Assembly: GCF_009914755.1 (NCBI RefSeq)
Contig: NC_060947.1
Source of the DNA: the human T2T-CHM13v2.0 reference genome, Homo sapiens
Direction: 5' to 3' (one strand)
DNA: 64,000 nucleotides
Made by a program: the position numbers and the translations under genes. How positions within the stretch are numbered: position 1 is the first letter of the stretch; each line of letters opens with the position of its first letter. Shown piece after piece: positions 17,366-32,987 of the stretch. The notes under the pieces are model-generated. The model did no database searches, was not told the origin of the DNA, and was given only the letters and a program-made list of their open reading frames with translations.

Positions 17366-18150
17366 AAAGAAGTCATACACACAGCCAACAAATATATAAA
17401 AGATGCTCAACATTGCTAATCATTAGAGAAATGCAAATTAAAATCGCAATGAGATACCATCTCTCACCTGTCAGAATAGCTATTATTGAAAAGTCAAAAC
17501 AACAGATTCTGGCAAGGCTGTGGAGAAAAGGGTACAATTATACACTGTGGTTTGGAATGCAAATGAGTTCAGGCACTGTGGAAACCAGTTTGGAGATTTC
17601 TCAAATAACTTAAAACAGAACTACTATTTGGCTCAGCAATCCCATTACTGGGTATATACTCAAAGGAAAATATATCATTATACCAAAAAGACACATGCAG
17701 TCATATGTTAATCACCACACTGTTCACAATAGCAACGAGATGAAATCAAGTAAGGTGCCCATCAATGGTGGACTGGGTAAAGAAAATGTGATATATATAC
17801 ATCATGGAATCCTATTCAGCAATAAAAAAATGAATGCAGTCATGTCCTTTGCAGGAACATGGATGGAACTGGAGGCCATCCTAAATGAATTAATGCAGGA
17901 ACAGAAAACCAAAATACTGTGCATTCTCATTCATAAGTGGGAGCTAAACATTGAGCACACATGGACGCAAACGTGGGAACAATAGACACTGTGTACTACT
18001 AGAGGGGAGAGGGAAAGAGGGGGTCATAGGTTAGAAAACTACCAATTGGGTACCATGCTTACTACCTGAGTACAATATGCCCATGTAACAAACCTGCACA
18101 TGTATCCCTTATATCCAGAATAAAAGTTGAAATTCGTAAAAAGCCAAAAA
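17366..18150 (+). mobile_element. 3' end of a different old primate L1 (L1PA17/L1PB4-like) with A-tail
   Basis: ORF2 C-terminal peptides (17413-17985). 3' UTR ...AAACCTGCACATGTATCCC...AATAAAAGTTGAAATT differs from both neighbouring L1s. Confidence 0.75.
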
Positions 18151-21100
18151 AAAAGAGGATATACATTTTCATCTGCATGTGGCATATACTTCAAATTTGA
18201 CCACACAATCAAGAATAAAACAATTCTCAACAAATTGAAAGAATGTAAAATCATACCAACCACACTCTTTGAACACAGTGCAATAAAAACAGAAATAAAT
18301 ACTATAAGAAGATCTCTCAAAACCATACAATTACATAGAAATTAACCTGCTTCTGAATGAGTTTTGGGTAAAAATTAAAATTCAGGCAGAAATCAAGTGT
18401 TACTTGAAATTAGTGAAATTATTGAAAAACAGATAAAAACATACCAGAATATCTAGGACACAACTAAAGCAGATTTAACAGGAAAGTATTTAGTACTAAA
18501 TGCCCATATCAAAAAGTTAGAAAGACTTCAAATTAACAATCTAATATCACACCTAGGGTAACTAAAAAACCAGTGCAAACAAATACCAAAACTAGGAGAA
18601 GAGAAGCAATAAGCAAAATCAGAGCTAAGCTGAAGAAAACTAGGATGCAAAAAAATATACGAAAGGTCAATGAAACCATAAATTGGTTCTATGAAAAATA
18701 AACAATATTAATAGACCATAGCTAGACTAATAAAGAAAAAGACAGAGAAGACTGAAATAAACACAATCAGAAATAACAAAGAGGACATTACCACTGACCT
18801 CACAGAAATACAGAAAACCCTCAGAGACTATTTTGAACACCTCTATGTACCCAAGTAGAAAACCAAGAAGAAATGCATACATTCCTGGAAACATACAGCC
18901 TCCCAAGATTGAAACAGGAAGAAATTGAACCCTAAACAGAGTAATAATTTCCAAAATTGAATCACTAATAAAAAGCCTATCAATCAGAAAAAGCCCTGGT
19001 CAGATGAATTCACAGCTGAATTCTGCCAGACATAAAGAACAGCTGGAACCGATCGTATGAAAACTATTACAACAAATTGAGGAAGACAGACTTCACCCTA
19101 ACTCATTGTATAAGGCCAGCATCATCCTGATGCCAATAACTGGCAAAGACAAAACAAAAAAAGAACACTTCAGGCCAATATCCCTGATGAACATACATCA
19201 AAAATCCTCAGGAAAATACAAGCAGAAAAAATTCAGCAGCACATCAAAAAGCTAATCCACCATGATCAAGTAGGCTTTATGTCTAGGATACAAGCCTGGT
19301 TAAATATATGCAGATCAATAAATCCGAGTCATCAAATAAACAGAACTAAAAACTAAAATCGCATGATCATCTCAATAGACAAAGAAAAGATTTAGATGGA
19401 AGTCAACATCCTTTCATGTTAAAAACCCTCAACTAGGCACTGAGGGACAATACCTCAAAATAGTGAGTCATCTATGAAAATCCCATATCCAATATCGTAC
19501 TGAGCAGTCAAAAACTAGAAGCATTCCCCTGGAAAACTGGCACAAGACATGGATGCCCACTCTCACCACTCGTATTCAACATTGTTCTAAAAGCCTTACC
19601 CAGAGCAATCAGGCAAGAGAAAAAAATAAAATACATCCAAATAGGAAGAGAAGACAAACTATCTCTCTTCACAGATGATATGACTTTATACATAGAAAAC
19701 CCTATAGTCTCCGCCCAAAAGCCTCTGGAAGTGATAAACAACTTCAGTAGACTTGTAGCACACAAAATCAATGTGCAAATATCAGTTGCATTTCTATACA
19801 TCAACAATAGCCAAGCTGAGATCTAAATCAAGAACACGGTCCCATTCACAAGAGCGGCAACAAAATAAAACACCCTGGAATAGATCTAACCAGGGAGGTG
19901 AATGACATCCACAATGAAAATTACAAAACACTTCTGAAAGAAATCAGAGATGACACAAGTGGAAAACATTCCATGCTCATGGATAGGAAGAATGAATATT
20001 GTTAAAATGGACATACTGCTCAAAGCAAATTACAGAAATGTTATTCCTTTCAAGCTACCAATGGCATGTTTAACAGAAGCGGAGAAATCTATTTTAAAAT
20101 TTATATGGAATGAATAGAGCCTGAATAGCCAAAGCAATCTTAAGCCAAAATAACAAACCAGAAGGCATCACATTACCTGACTTAAAACTATACTACAAGG
20201 CTACGCTAAGCAAAAAACCATGGTACTGGTACAAAAACAGACACTCAGAATAATGGAACAGGTTAATGAACCCAGAAATAAAGCCACACACCTACAACCA
20301 CCTAATCTTTGACAAAGTCTCCAAATGCAAGCAATGGGAAAAGGACTGCCTATAAAATAAATGGCACTGGCATATCTGGCTAGTCATATGCAGAAGACTG
20401 AAACTAGACCCCTTCCTTTCCCTAACATTAATTCAAAAATCAACTCAAAATGAATGAAAGAATTAAATGTAAAACCCAAACCTATACAAACCCTAGAAGA
20501 AATCGTAGGAAATACCATTCTGGATATAGGCCTTGGCAAAGATTTCATCACAAAGACTCCAAAAGCAATTGTAACAAAAACAAAAATTGATCAATCATTC
20601 CTAATTAAACTAAACAGTTTCTGCACTGCAAAATAAACTATCAATAGAGTAATAAACAGACAAGCTAAAGAATAGGAGAAAATTTTTTCAAACCATGCAT
20701 CTGACAAAGGTCTACCATCTCAAATCTATAAGGAACCTAAACAAATTAACAAGCAAAAAACAAAAAAAAAGTTATTAAAAATGGGCAAATGACATGAACA
20801 GACACTTCTTAAAAGAAGACATACACGTGGTCCACAAGCATATAAAAGAAGTAAACATCACTGATTATAAAATAAATGCAAATCAAAACCAAAGAAATGC
20901 AAATTGAAACCACAATGAGATACCATCTCACACCACTCAGAATGGCTATTACTAAAAAGTCAAAATATAACAAATGCTGTTGAGGTTTCACAGAAAACAG
21001 AGTACTTATACACTGCAAGTGGGAATGTAAATTAGTTCATACACTGTGGAAAGAAGTTTGGAGATTTTTCAAGGAACATACAAAAGAACTACCATTCTAC

Positions 21101-21665
21101 CCAGCAATCCTATTTTGGGGTATATATCCAAAGGAATATAAATTGTTCTACCATAAAGACAGATGCACACATAGTTTCATTTGCAGCACTATTAACAATA
21201 GAAGAAACATGGAATCAACCTAAATGCCCATCAATATTGGACTAACGAAAATGTGGTACATATGCCCCACAGAATACCACACTGTCAGAACACAAATGAG
21301 ATAATGTCCTTGGCAACAACATGGATGGAGCTGGAGGTCATTATCTTAAGAACATCAATGCAAAAACAGAAAACTAAATATCACACCTTCTCCCTTATAA
21401 GTGAGAGCTAAACACTGACTGCACCTGGACACAAGGAAGAGAACAAGACACCTGGGCCTCCTTCAGCATGGGGTGTGGGAGGATGTTGAGGATCAAAAAA
21501 CTACCTATCAGGTATGATGCTTATTGCCTGGATGGTGAAATAATCTGCCCACCAAGGCCCCATTTCTCTAAGTTTACATGTGTCTGGCCATCTCACATAA
21601 TCCCTGAACCTTGAATGAAAGTTGGAAATAAAAAGAAATAAAAAATATTTAAAAATAAAAAATAA
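18151..21665 (+). mobile_element. L1PA16-like LINE-1, 3' part (rest of ORF2 including RT, 3' UTR, A-tail)
   Basis: EN sequence resumes where 12462 stopped; RT motif [11 protein letters not shown] (~19660); 3' UTR GAGGATCAAAAAACTACCTATCAGGTA...GAAATAATCTG. Confidence 0.88.
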
Positions 21666-22775
21666 ATCTAGGATGTGGAAGAAAAATAGAAGGACTACAG
21701 TAGAAATTAATAAAATAGAAATGCAATACAATGTATCAGCTAAACCAAGCATTTATTATTTGCAAAGATTAATAAAATTGTTATGTCATTTTTTTTTTTT
21801 TTGAGACGGAGTCTCCCTCTGTCACCCAGGCTAGAGTGTAATGGTGCTATCTTGGCTCACTGGAACCTCTGTCTCCCAGGTTTAAGTGTTTGTTGTGCCT
21901 AAGCCTCCCTAGTAGCTTGGATTACAGGCATGTGCCACCACAGCTGACTAGTTTTTGAATTTTTAGGAGAGATGGGGTTTCATCATGTTGGCCAGGCTGG
22001 TCTCTAACTCTTGGCCTCAAATGATCCAGCTGCCTTGGCCTCCAAAAGTGCTGGGATTACAGGTGTGAGCCACCATGCCTGGCCAAAAGTTGATATGCCT
22101 TTGGCAAGATGATTAGGATGAAAAAAGTGAAGGCATAAACAATACTAGTAATAAAAATTGGCACCTAAATATGATGCTGTAGACCTTGTAAAGATAATAA
22201 AACTTATTTTTAACTGTATTACATCAACAAATTTTGATACTTCATATGCTATGGACAACTCCTTGAAAACTATAGCTTATCAAACGGACTCACAAAGAGC
22301 CACAGCTTATGAGTAGTTGTATAACTTTCATTAAATTGAATGAGAAGTCAAAAATCGTCCACTCCCAAATCCGAGGTCTATCAGCTTTGTAAGTTCTCCT
22401 GAACTTTCAGTGAAGCCAGTACTACCATAATACCTGAAGTTTTTCATAATATATAACACTTGCATAACTATGATTCTAAAACCTGAGAAAAATAATGTGA
22501 GAAAAATGTACTAGCCAATATCATTCATGCATATATAGACCGTTTTTTTACCGTTTGTATTTGTGGGTGCATATGCAGGTTAGTTTCCTGAGTGCACTGC
22601 CTAATTGCTGAGGTCTGGGGTACAAATGACCCCATCATCCAGATAATGAGCACTGTAGGCAAAATATTTAAATAAAATAATAGCAAAGTGAATCCAGCAA
22701 GTTAGATTTAATTGAGGAACATAAGACTGGTATGTCATTAGAAAATCAATTGAAGTAATTCACCACTTTAATAAT
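21666..22775 (+). mobile_element. Highly diverged L1M (L1ME-like) ORF2 fragment, split by an Alu and a short antisense L1P 3' piece (~22550-22660)
   Basis: Degenerate ORF2 motifs such as GAAATTAATAAAATAGAAA, AAGATTAATAAAATTG and CCAATATCATTCATG. Confidence 0.55.
21789..22084 (-). mobile_element. AluS
   Basis: Antisense Alu; degenerate TSD AAAATTGTTATGTC / AAAGTTGATATGCC. Confidence 0.93.
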
Positions 22776-22784
22776 TTTAAAAAG

Positions 22785-23746
<962 letters not shown>

Positions 23747-23943
23747 AAACAAGTCGGCATAATGAACAACTAACAGCACAATGACAAGATCAAATCCATA
23801 ATATCACTACTAACATTGAATGTAAATGGGCTAAATGCCCCAATTAAAAGGCACAGAGTGGCAAGCTGGATAAAGAACCAAGACCCAAGGGTATCTTCAT
23901 GAGACCCATGTAACACGCAATGACAACCATAGGCTCAAAATAA

Positions 23944-24446
<503 letters not shown>

Positions 24447-27400
24447 CATAAACAAGTTCTTAGAGACATTCAAAGAGACTTAGACTTCCACACAATAATA
24501 GTGAGAGACTTTGACACCCCACTGACAATATTAGACAGATCACTGAGGCAGAAAATTAACAAAGATATTAACTCAAAACAGGACTAAGTGGATCTATACA
24601 TCTAAGATCTAAGACATCTATAGAATTATCCACTGAAAAGCAACAGAATGTACATTCTTCTCATCTGTACATGGCACATACTCTAAAATAGACCACAAAA
24701 TCAGACATTAAACAATCCTCAGCAAATTTTTAAAAAAATCCAGACCCTCAGACCACAGCACAGTAAAAGTAGAATTCAATATGAACAAAATAGCTCATAA
24801 CCATATATTTACATAAAAATTAAACAACTCACTTCTGTATGACTTTTGGGTAGATAATAAAATTGAGGCAGGAATCAAGAACTTCTTTGAAGTGAATGAG
24901 AACAAATATACAACATACCAGAATCTCTAAGACACAGCTAATGCAGTGTTAAGAGGGAAATTTATAGCACTAAATACCGACATTGAAAAGTGAAACAGAT
25001 CTCAAGTTAACAGTCTAACATCACAGCGAAAAGAACTAGAGAGGCAAGAGCAAAGCAATCCAAAAGCTAGCAGAAGACAAGAAATAACCCAAATTAGAGC
25101 TGAAGTGAAAGAAATGGAGAAATTAAAAGCCATTCAAAAGACGAACAGAGCCAGGAACTGATGTTTTGAAAAAATTAATAAGATAGATAGGCTGTTAGAC
25201 TAATGAAAAAGAAAATGAAGAAGATTAAAATAAACACAATCAGAAATGCCAAAGATCTTACCACTGACTCCAGAGAAATACAAATAACTATCAGAGACTA
25301 TTATGAAAACCCCTATGCACACATACTAGAAAATCAAGAAGAAATGGATAAATTCCTGGACACATACACCTTCCAAAAATTGAAGCAGGAAAAAATTGAA
25401 TCCCTGAACAGACCAATAATGAGATCCAAAATGAATCAGTAATAAATAGCCTACTAATCAAAAAAAGCCCTGGACCACACGGATTCACAGCTGAATTCTA
25501 CCGATGTACAAAAAAAGATCTAGTACCATTCTTATTGAAATTATTACAAAAAAAATTGAGGATGAAGGACTCCTCCCCAATTCATTCTATGAGGTAAGCA
25601 CCATCCTGATACCAAAACCTGGCAGGGTCATACACGAAAAATATAACTTCAGGCCAATATCCTTGACGAACATTGATGCAAATATCCTCAACCAAATAGT
25701 AGCAAATGGAATCCAGCAGCACATCAAAAAGTGAATCCACCACGATCTAAGTAAGCTTCATCCCTGGGAAGCAATGTTGGTTCAGCATATGTAAATCAAT
25801 AAATGCAATTCATCATATTAACAGAAAAAAAATCCCATATGATCATCTTAATAGAGGCAGAAAAGACTTTCAATAAAATTCAACATCCATTCACATTAAA
25901 AGCTCTCAGCATACTAGCTATTGAAGGAACATACCTCAAAACAATAAGAGCCATTTATGACAAACCCACAGCCAACATCATACTGAATGGCCAAAAGCTA
26001 AAATCATCCCCCTTGAAAACTGGAACAATACAAGGATGCCCTCTCTCACCAGTCCTATTCCACATAATACTGGAAGTCCTAACCAGAGCTATCAGGCAAG
26101 AGAAACAAATAAAGTGCATCCAAATAGGAAGTCAAACTATCCTTGTTTGAAGATGACTAATTCTATATCTAGAAAACACCATAGTCTCAGTCCAAAATCT
26201 CCTTGAGCTGATAAGCAACATCAGCAAAGTCCCAGGATACAAAATCAATATACAAAAATCACTACTATTTTTATACACCAACAACAGCCAAGTAGAGGCC
26301 CAAATCAGGAACATAATCCCACTCACAATTGCCACAAAAATAATAAAATACCTAGGAATACACCTAATGAGGGAGGCGAAAAATCTCTACAAGTAGAATT
26401 ACAAAACACTGCTCAAATAAATCAGAGATGAAAAAAAAATTTAAAAATTCCATGCCCATGGATAGGAAGAATCAAGATCCCTAAAATGGCCATACTGCAC
26501 AAAGCAATTTATAGACTCAATGCTATTCTTATCAAACTACTAATGATATTCTTCACAAAACTATAAAAAAAGATTTTAAAATTCATTTGGAATAATAATA
26601 AAAAAAAAAACAGCCTGAACAGCCAAGGCAATCCTAAGCAAAAAGAACAAAGTAGGAGACATCATGCTACCCGACTTCAAACTATACTACGGGGCTACAG
26701 CAACTAAAACAGCATGGAACTGGTACAAAAACAGACACACAGACCAATGGAACAAAATAGAGAGCCCAGAAATAAGGCCACACACCTACCACTATCTGAT
26801 CTTCAACAAGGCTGACAAAAGCAATTGGGAAAGGACTCCCTATTCAATAAATGGTGCTAGAATAATTAGCTAGCCGTATGCAGAAGATTGAAAGTGGACC
26901 CTTTCCTTACATCATATACAAAAAGTAACTCAAGATGGATTAATGACTTAAATGTAAAATCCAAAATTATTTTTAAAAAACCTGGTAGACAACCTAGGCA
27001 ATACCATTCTGGACACAGGAACTCACAAAGATTTAATGATGAAGATGCCAAAAGCAACTGCAACAAAAGCAAAAAATTATAAATGAGATCTAATTACACT
27101 AAAGAGCTCCTGCACAGCAAAAATAAACTATCAGTAAACAGACAACCTACAGAATTTGAGAAAATATTTGAAAACTATGCATCTAACAAAGGTCTAATAT
27201 CCAGTATCTATAAGGAACTTAAACAAATTTACAAGAAAAAAACAACTCCATTAAAAAGTGGACAAAGGACATGAACATAAACTTTTTCAAAAGAAGACAT
27301 ACACGCAGCCAACAATCATATGAAAAAAAATCTCAATATCACTTATCATTAAAGAAATGCAAATCAAAACCACAATGAGATACCATCTCACAACAATCAT

Positions 27401-27781
27401 AACGGAAAACACATGCACACATATGTTCACTGCAGCACTATTCACAATAGCAAGGACAAAGAATCAATCTAAATGACCACCAATGACAGATTGGTTGAAA
27501 AAAAAGTGGTACTTATACATCATGGAATACTATGCAGTCATAACAGAGAACGAGGTCATGTGCTTTGCAATAACATGGATAAAGCTGGAGGCCATTATCC
27601 TTAGCAAACTAACGCAGGAACAGAAAAACAAATACTGCGTGTTCTCACTTATAAGTGAGAGCTAAATTATGAGAACAGATGGACATAAAGAGAGAAACAC
27701 CAGACACTGAGGCCTAACAAACGGTGAAGGCTGGGAGGAGGGAGAGGAGCAGAAAAAATAACTAATGGGTACTAGGCTTAG

Positions 27782-28181
<400 letters not shown>

Positions 28182-28202
28182 TAAAATAATTTTTTTAAAT
28201 AA

Positions 28203-29965
28203 AAAGAACCCTACCAAGTTTTTTTCTCCACCCTCACCACAGCAAAGCTCAAGAGACTCAAATCTTGGGTCTACAAGTCACAACTTAAGAGGGCCCCTCC
28301 AGGCTCCTGGAACTGCACACCTGTTGGAGACTCTAAGGTAAAGCTAACCAAAGAAATTCTTTCCGAGAAACAGATGGCATTGTAATACATGGACAGCTTT
28401 CCTAAGATCATGGACCAAGATTTCTCTGCAATTATGAAGACCTTAATTTTCCTCCTGTTTTCTGCTGTTCTCACCCTTTCTCTTTTCATGCAGGAAAATT
28501 CATGGGACAATAACCTGCAGATGGCTTTAGCAAAAGCTTGTGCTCTAGCAAGAAACCAAATAATTGTTGGTTTTGTGATCTAATGCAAAAAGAAAAACCC
28601 TTAAGAAACCATTCCATTATTGCCAATACTTCTTCATGTTCCCATACACACCTTGAAAACCTCAAAGGAAGAGTGAAAAGTTATCCCTGATATGTTAAAC
28701 ATCACTACTTATTGCTTTCCTATGATCTATAGAAGTAGTACTCTTACCTTTTCAATCAATAGCCTAATTGCTACCAGGAACTTTAAAAAAAATCCTCTCT
28801 GGGTGATGCCTTTTACAAGGTATACTGTGCCTTCTGGCATCAAATATTAGAGACCCAGGAACTACCTATGTGGGTACAAGTAACTGCTTATATAACACTA
28901 CTCACCAATAGGTGTGGTTATGCACACCTACAGTATACAACAGAGGGGCCACCTAAGAGCAAATTTCTTTTTGTATTTTATTCAGGAACTATGATTATTG
29001 ACTGAGTAGATATAACTGACCTTCGCTCAAACGCCACTAGGTGGCCTTCCTTTCCAGCTCCCGAGGGCCTATATTGGGCCGGCCTCTTCACTTTAAAATC
29101 TTGCTATTTGTCCCGTCTCCCTTCTGCCTTCCAAACAGCGTTTCCTGAAAATCCTCTTAGTATTTTCTATAATCAGAAATCAAAAAGGAAAATAATCAAA
29201 ATTAGTATCCATGTTGAAATGAATATGGACAAATTTGTTTTCAATGAGGAAAGGTTCCCATCATGTTTCTGATGCCTAACTTTTGGCAGTATTGAGGTGT
29301 CAGTTGTATGAAATGTAAAGCTAATTCATATAGTGGGAAAAAATTTGGAATTTGTGGCCAAACCTCTCAGGGATTCAGATGCATAGAGGCTACCCTCTGA
29401 CAAATGGATGGCAAGCTTGGCTGCTCTAAGGTTTTCTAATATTTACATTTCTGTTAATGGACCTCCAGATCACTGTGAATTGTGTCACCAGACTAACCAC
29501 AAAATTCAATACCTCTTTAGATCACGCAATCTTGCAGCATGCTATGGGCCTTGTTCTCCATCATATTCCAAACAAGGAGTATGACCAATGGGACTCAAAC
29601 ACTAATGAATTACACCTAGTGCCTGAACTTTCAGTTGTTCAATTTTGATTAGTTAATTCATGGAGACTCCTGCTGGAAGGTGAGTTTCAGTTTCTTGGCA
29701 TTGAATTGTGTTGTATTCACTCAAAAATTTTAAATACCCATATACAGCTGTCTTCTGTGCATTGAATGGTCTCATTACAGTTGGAATAACAAAAACATAA
29801 AACATAAGAGTCAGCTAACTTATTTTACATCGTGAAATTGTAAATTCTTGACAATTGCTGGATCCAGAAGATTGATTGTGAAGGCTGCAGAGGATGGTGT
29901 AACTCCCCATGCCTATGGCTTTGGTCAATCTCTCTCGGGTGAGAGGATGACCAAATGGGGGGAAT
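28203..29965 (+). mobile_element. ERV1 (MER57-type) internal region: integrase C-terminus, decayed env, polypurine tract
   Basis: PYQV...SWVYKSQLKRAPP integrase tail; env signal peptide MKTLIFLLFSAVLTLSLF (28434) followed by frameshifted NCWFC (CxxC); FPAPEGLYWAG; furin-like KSKR (29177-29188); PPT GACCAAATGGGGGGAAT abutting the LTR. Confidence 0.8.
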
Positions 29966-30364
29966 TGTTAAATTAAGTATGGTTTAAAAGGGCATTTTTA
30001 CATAATGAACTGTGGCCTAGCTTGATGTGTAAACAAGTTGTCAGCATACATAGTAGTACGCCCTTGTAATGAAGCAACAGTGTCTCAGTCAAGTATAGTA
30101 GCCGGACCTTCAGCTGAAGGTCTGAAAGCTGCTAAAAGCTGCTGAAAGCTGCTAAATTATTCCCAAATAAGGCAAATGCAAACTGTGCCAATCAAGTAAT
30201 CCCTATATGTCATTTTCTGTTTTCTGTTGTAAATATAGCTCACCACGTTGGGGGTGGGAGCATTCTGAATAATCTTTGGTCCAGAATGCTGCCTGGTTCT
30301 AGAAGCTACTGCTTGCTCAAATAAACTTTGTTGAATTTAACTTGTCTTAGGTTTTTCCTTAACA
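29966..30364 (+). mobile_element. MER57-family 3' LTR
   Basis: TGTTAAATTAAG...TTAACA termini (TG/CA); CAAATAAGGCAAA core; AATAAA near the 3' end; preceded by a PPT. Confidence 0.85.
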
Positions 30365-30579
30365 AACTCCATAAGGTATATGCTATTTTATCTCCATGAA
30401 ACATAGTAATATGAAGATTACAAAGGTTAACTAGCTTGTCTAAGCTCTCATAAGTTGCAGAGCAGCACTATTGCACCTGTCCTCTTCTAAATATCTTCCT
30501 TGCAAATAATTTCAGTATTTTCAAAGTGTCCAAATGGTAAAATCACTTATATTTTCTAACAAGTAAGCAATCTATAATT

Positions 30580-31620
30580 TATTCAAGTTATTCTGAATAA
30601 GCAATTTAGCTTTTTTGATGATTAAGACATATTGCTATGTCTTAGACACTAAGACAGTATTAGTGCAAGACATATATTAACTAGATAGTTAACTAGCTAA
30701 TCTCTATGATAGGGGATGGAGTTTCAAAGTTTCTTAAGACAGCGTCTGGTCTTAAGAAACTAGTAGCAGAGTCGGAAAGATAGGTAAAGTGATGATGAAA
30801 TGTGGCAAGTTCTATAGTAAACATTTGTGTAATATGCTATGGGAAATCAAATGAGGGACTGAGACTATCTCTATCAGGAAATAACAGTATGTTTCAGAGA
30901 AGGAATTTTGAAAAGTGAGTAGCAGTTGATAAGGTAGAAAAAGAGAGAAAGACATGCTAGACAGTGGGAGCAACACACAAGTATAAAAGTGCATGACACG
31001 AAAATGGCATGAATGGTGAAGAGACTATTTCAATGAAGCAGCTGTATATGGTATGCGGTAAAGAGCAGTGGGGAATGAAGCAAACAAGGTTAACTGATCA
31101 GGTCATGAAGGACTTTGTTTGCAATGACTAATTTATCCTTATAGTGAAAATATTTGGAGCCATAGAAGACGTTCAAGCAAGAGATGAACAAAATTGTATT
31201 TACATTTTACTTTTAGATTCTAGTCTACAAATTTTACATTTACATTCTATTCTGTAAACAAATAACTCTATTTACACTACATTTAGATTATTCTTGTGCC
31301 AATGTAAATGATGGGATGAGAACAGAGAATCCTGGAGGTAAGAAGACTAAATATATGAGCGCTCCACTAAACCATGTGAGAGATTATAAGTATCTGAGCT
31401 AATACAAAGATAGAAAAAATGATGGAAAATGTATTAAGAAGTAGAAATAAATTTAATTAAGACATAGGAAGGAGCGCTCCCAAGGAAACTTGGGAGTATG
31501 TCCCAGGCTGCAGTCCATTAAAAAAAAAAAAAAGAAAAGGACATAGGTATTGGGTAGTCCATGGATGGTAAAGAAGAGGAGGAACCATCAATGACCCCAC
31601 AGCAGTTTCTCTTGGAAGTG
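30580..31620 (-). mobile_element. LINE-2 fragment
   Basis: Purine-rich antisense L2 pattern (GGAGCCATAGAAGAC.TTCAAGCA; TCAGGTCATGAAGGACTTTG). Confidence 0.6.
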
Positions 31621-32873
31621 ACTAAATATGAGGTTCATATATAAATGAAAACATAACTTGCATTATAACTTAGTTTTGTTCAACTGCTCAGAGTCCAATT
31701 ACCTTTCGTTATCTTCATGGGAATTGATTGCACGGTTAACCTCGGCTGGCTTAAAAATTCTTCCCACCAGTACAATAATTATGTGAGAAGCTTTGCATAA
31801 ATTAACATTAATCTAATTCAACTAAAATTTGTTATTTGATTACACCTTATCTAATTTCTAAAAGGATTTGAAATAACTAGCACTGAAAGGCAGAGAAATA
31901 TTGTTTTATTTTATAAAAAGACTTTGAAAACCACCATGGAAAACAGGGAATGTGTTTGTTTTGTTCATCACTATCACTTGTTTACTATTATAGTGCTTGG
32001 CCCATAGTGAATATTTGTTAAATAAATAAATAAATTGAAAGCAAGTAAAAGACCCACACTAAGTAGCTACAATATAAGTAAAAGGAGTGTTACGCAAGAA
32101 CTTTGAGTACATTAAGTTTTTTAAATTTGAAACATATTTTCCAAGAATTCTCAATGTAGTCAATGCTGAAGACTTACCATAGAAAACCTGTAACAGAACA
32201 TTATATTTATCATAGCAAACATTTTAAAATTATGTATTTAACACAAAAAATACCTTAATTATAACAGGAGGTGCAATGTGCCACTAGCTAAATATTATCT
32301 TAAAACATACTACTATGCATTACCAGAAACTTCTCATTGTCAAACAGTTTCAGGAAGGGTCAGGACTAATTTTGCCAGTAAAATATTGTGGATCTGGGGG
32401 GATATTGTATTAAATAAATATTAAACTCTAAATCAACAGACATTTCATTTTACTGTTGAAGTTTCTTCCTAGAGTTTTCTTCTTTCACATTATTACATTT
32501 TGCCAGCCAGCTGTAGATGAAAACACAATGCAATATGTTAAACTCACAGTCAATGGATTCTGTTTCTAAGTTATGCTTCTCACAAAGTCCACACTTTTAA
32601 TAAATATTATATACTATGTTGTAACTTAATTATTATCAGAATTATTTTTAAATGAGAGGCAAAGACCAAAAGAATAATAAGATGTGACTACAGAAACTAT
32701 TAAAGAAGCCAAATAATTTACTAAGAAAGCCAAATTAGAAAACAAAGAGTTTTATATTAAGGATGACAGAAAGATGACTCCCCATGAAATACATTTATTT
32801 GCCAACTGCCTAAAATTCATTCATGAATTCTAATCCAAAATACATACTTCCAAGCTTTAAGACACTCTGAAGC

Positions 32874-32987
32874 TAGAGTGATCAATTCCTCTGGGCTTAC
32901 CTTAGACTTTCCAACTTTTACCACTGAAAGTCCAGTATCCCAGGAAACCTCTCTGTTCCACATTAACAGGGATGGTTAATCACTCTA
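32874..32987. mobile_element. MER81 hAT MITE
   Basis: 114 bp; TIRs TAGAGTGATCAA / TTAATCACTCTA; 8-bp TSD TCTGAAGC / TCTGAAAC. Confidence 0.85.

Noticed and set aside
28389-29700. Co-opted env (syncytin/HEMO-like) gene
   Set aside because: Frameshift immediately before the CxxC motif and many downstream stops.
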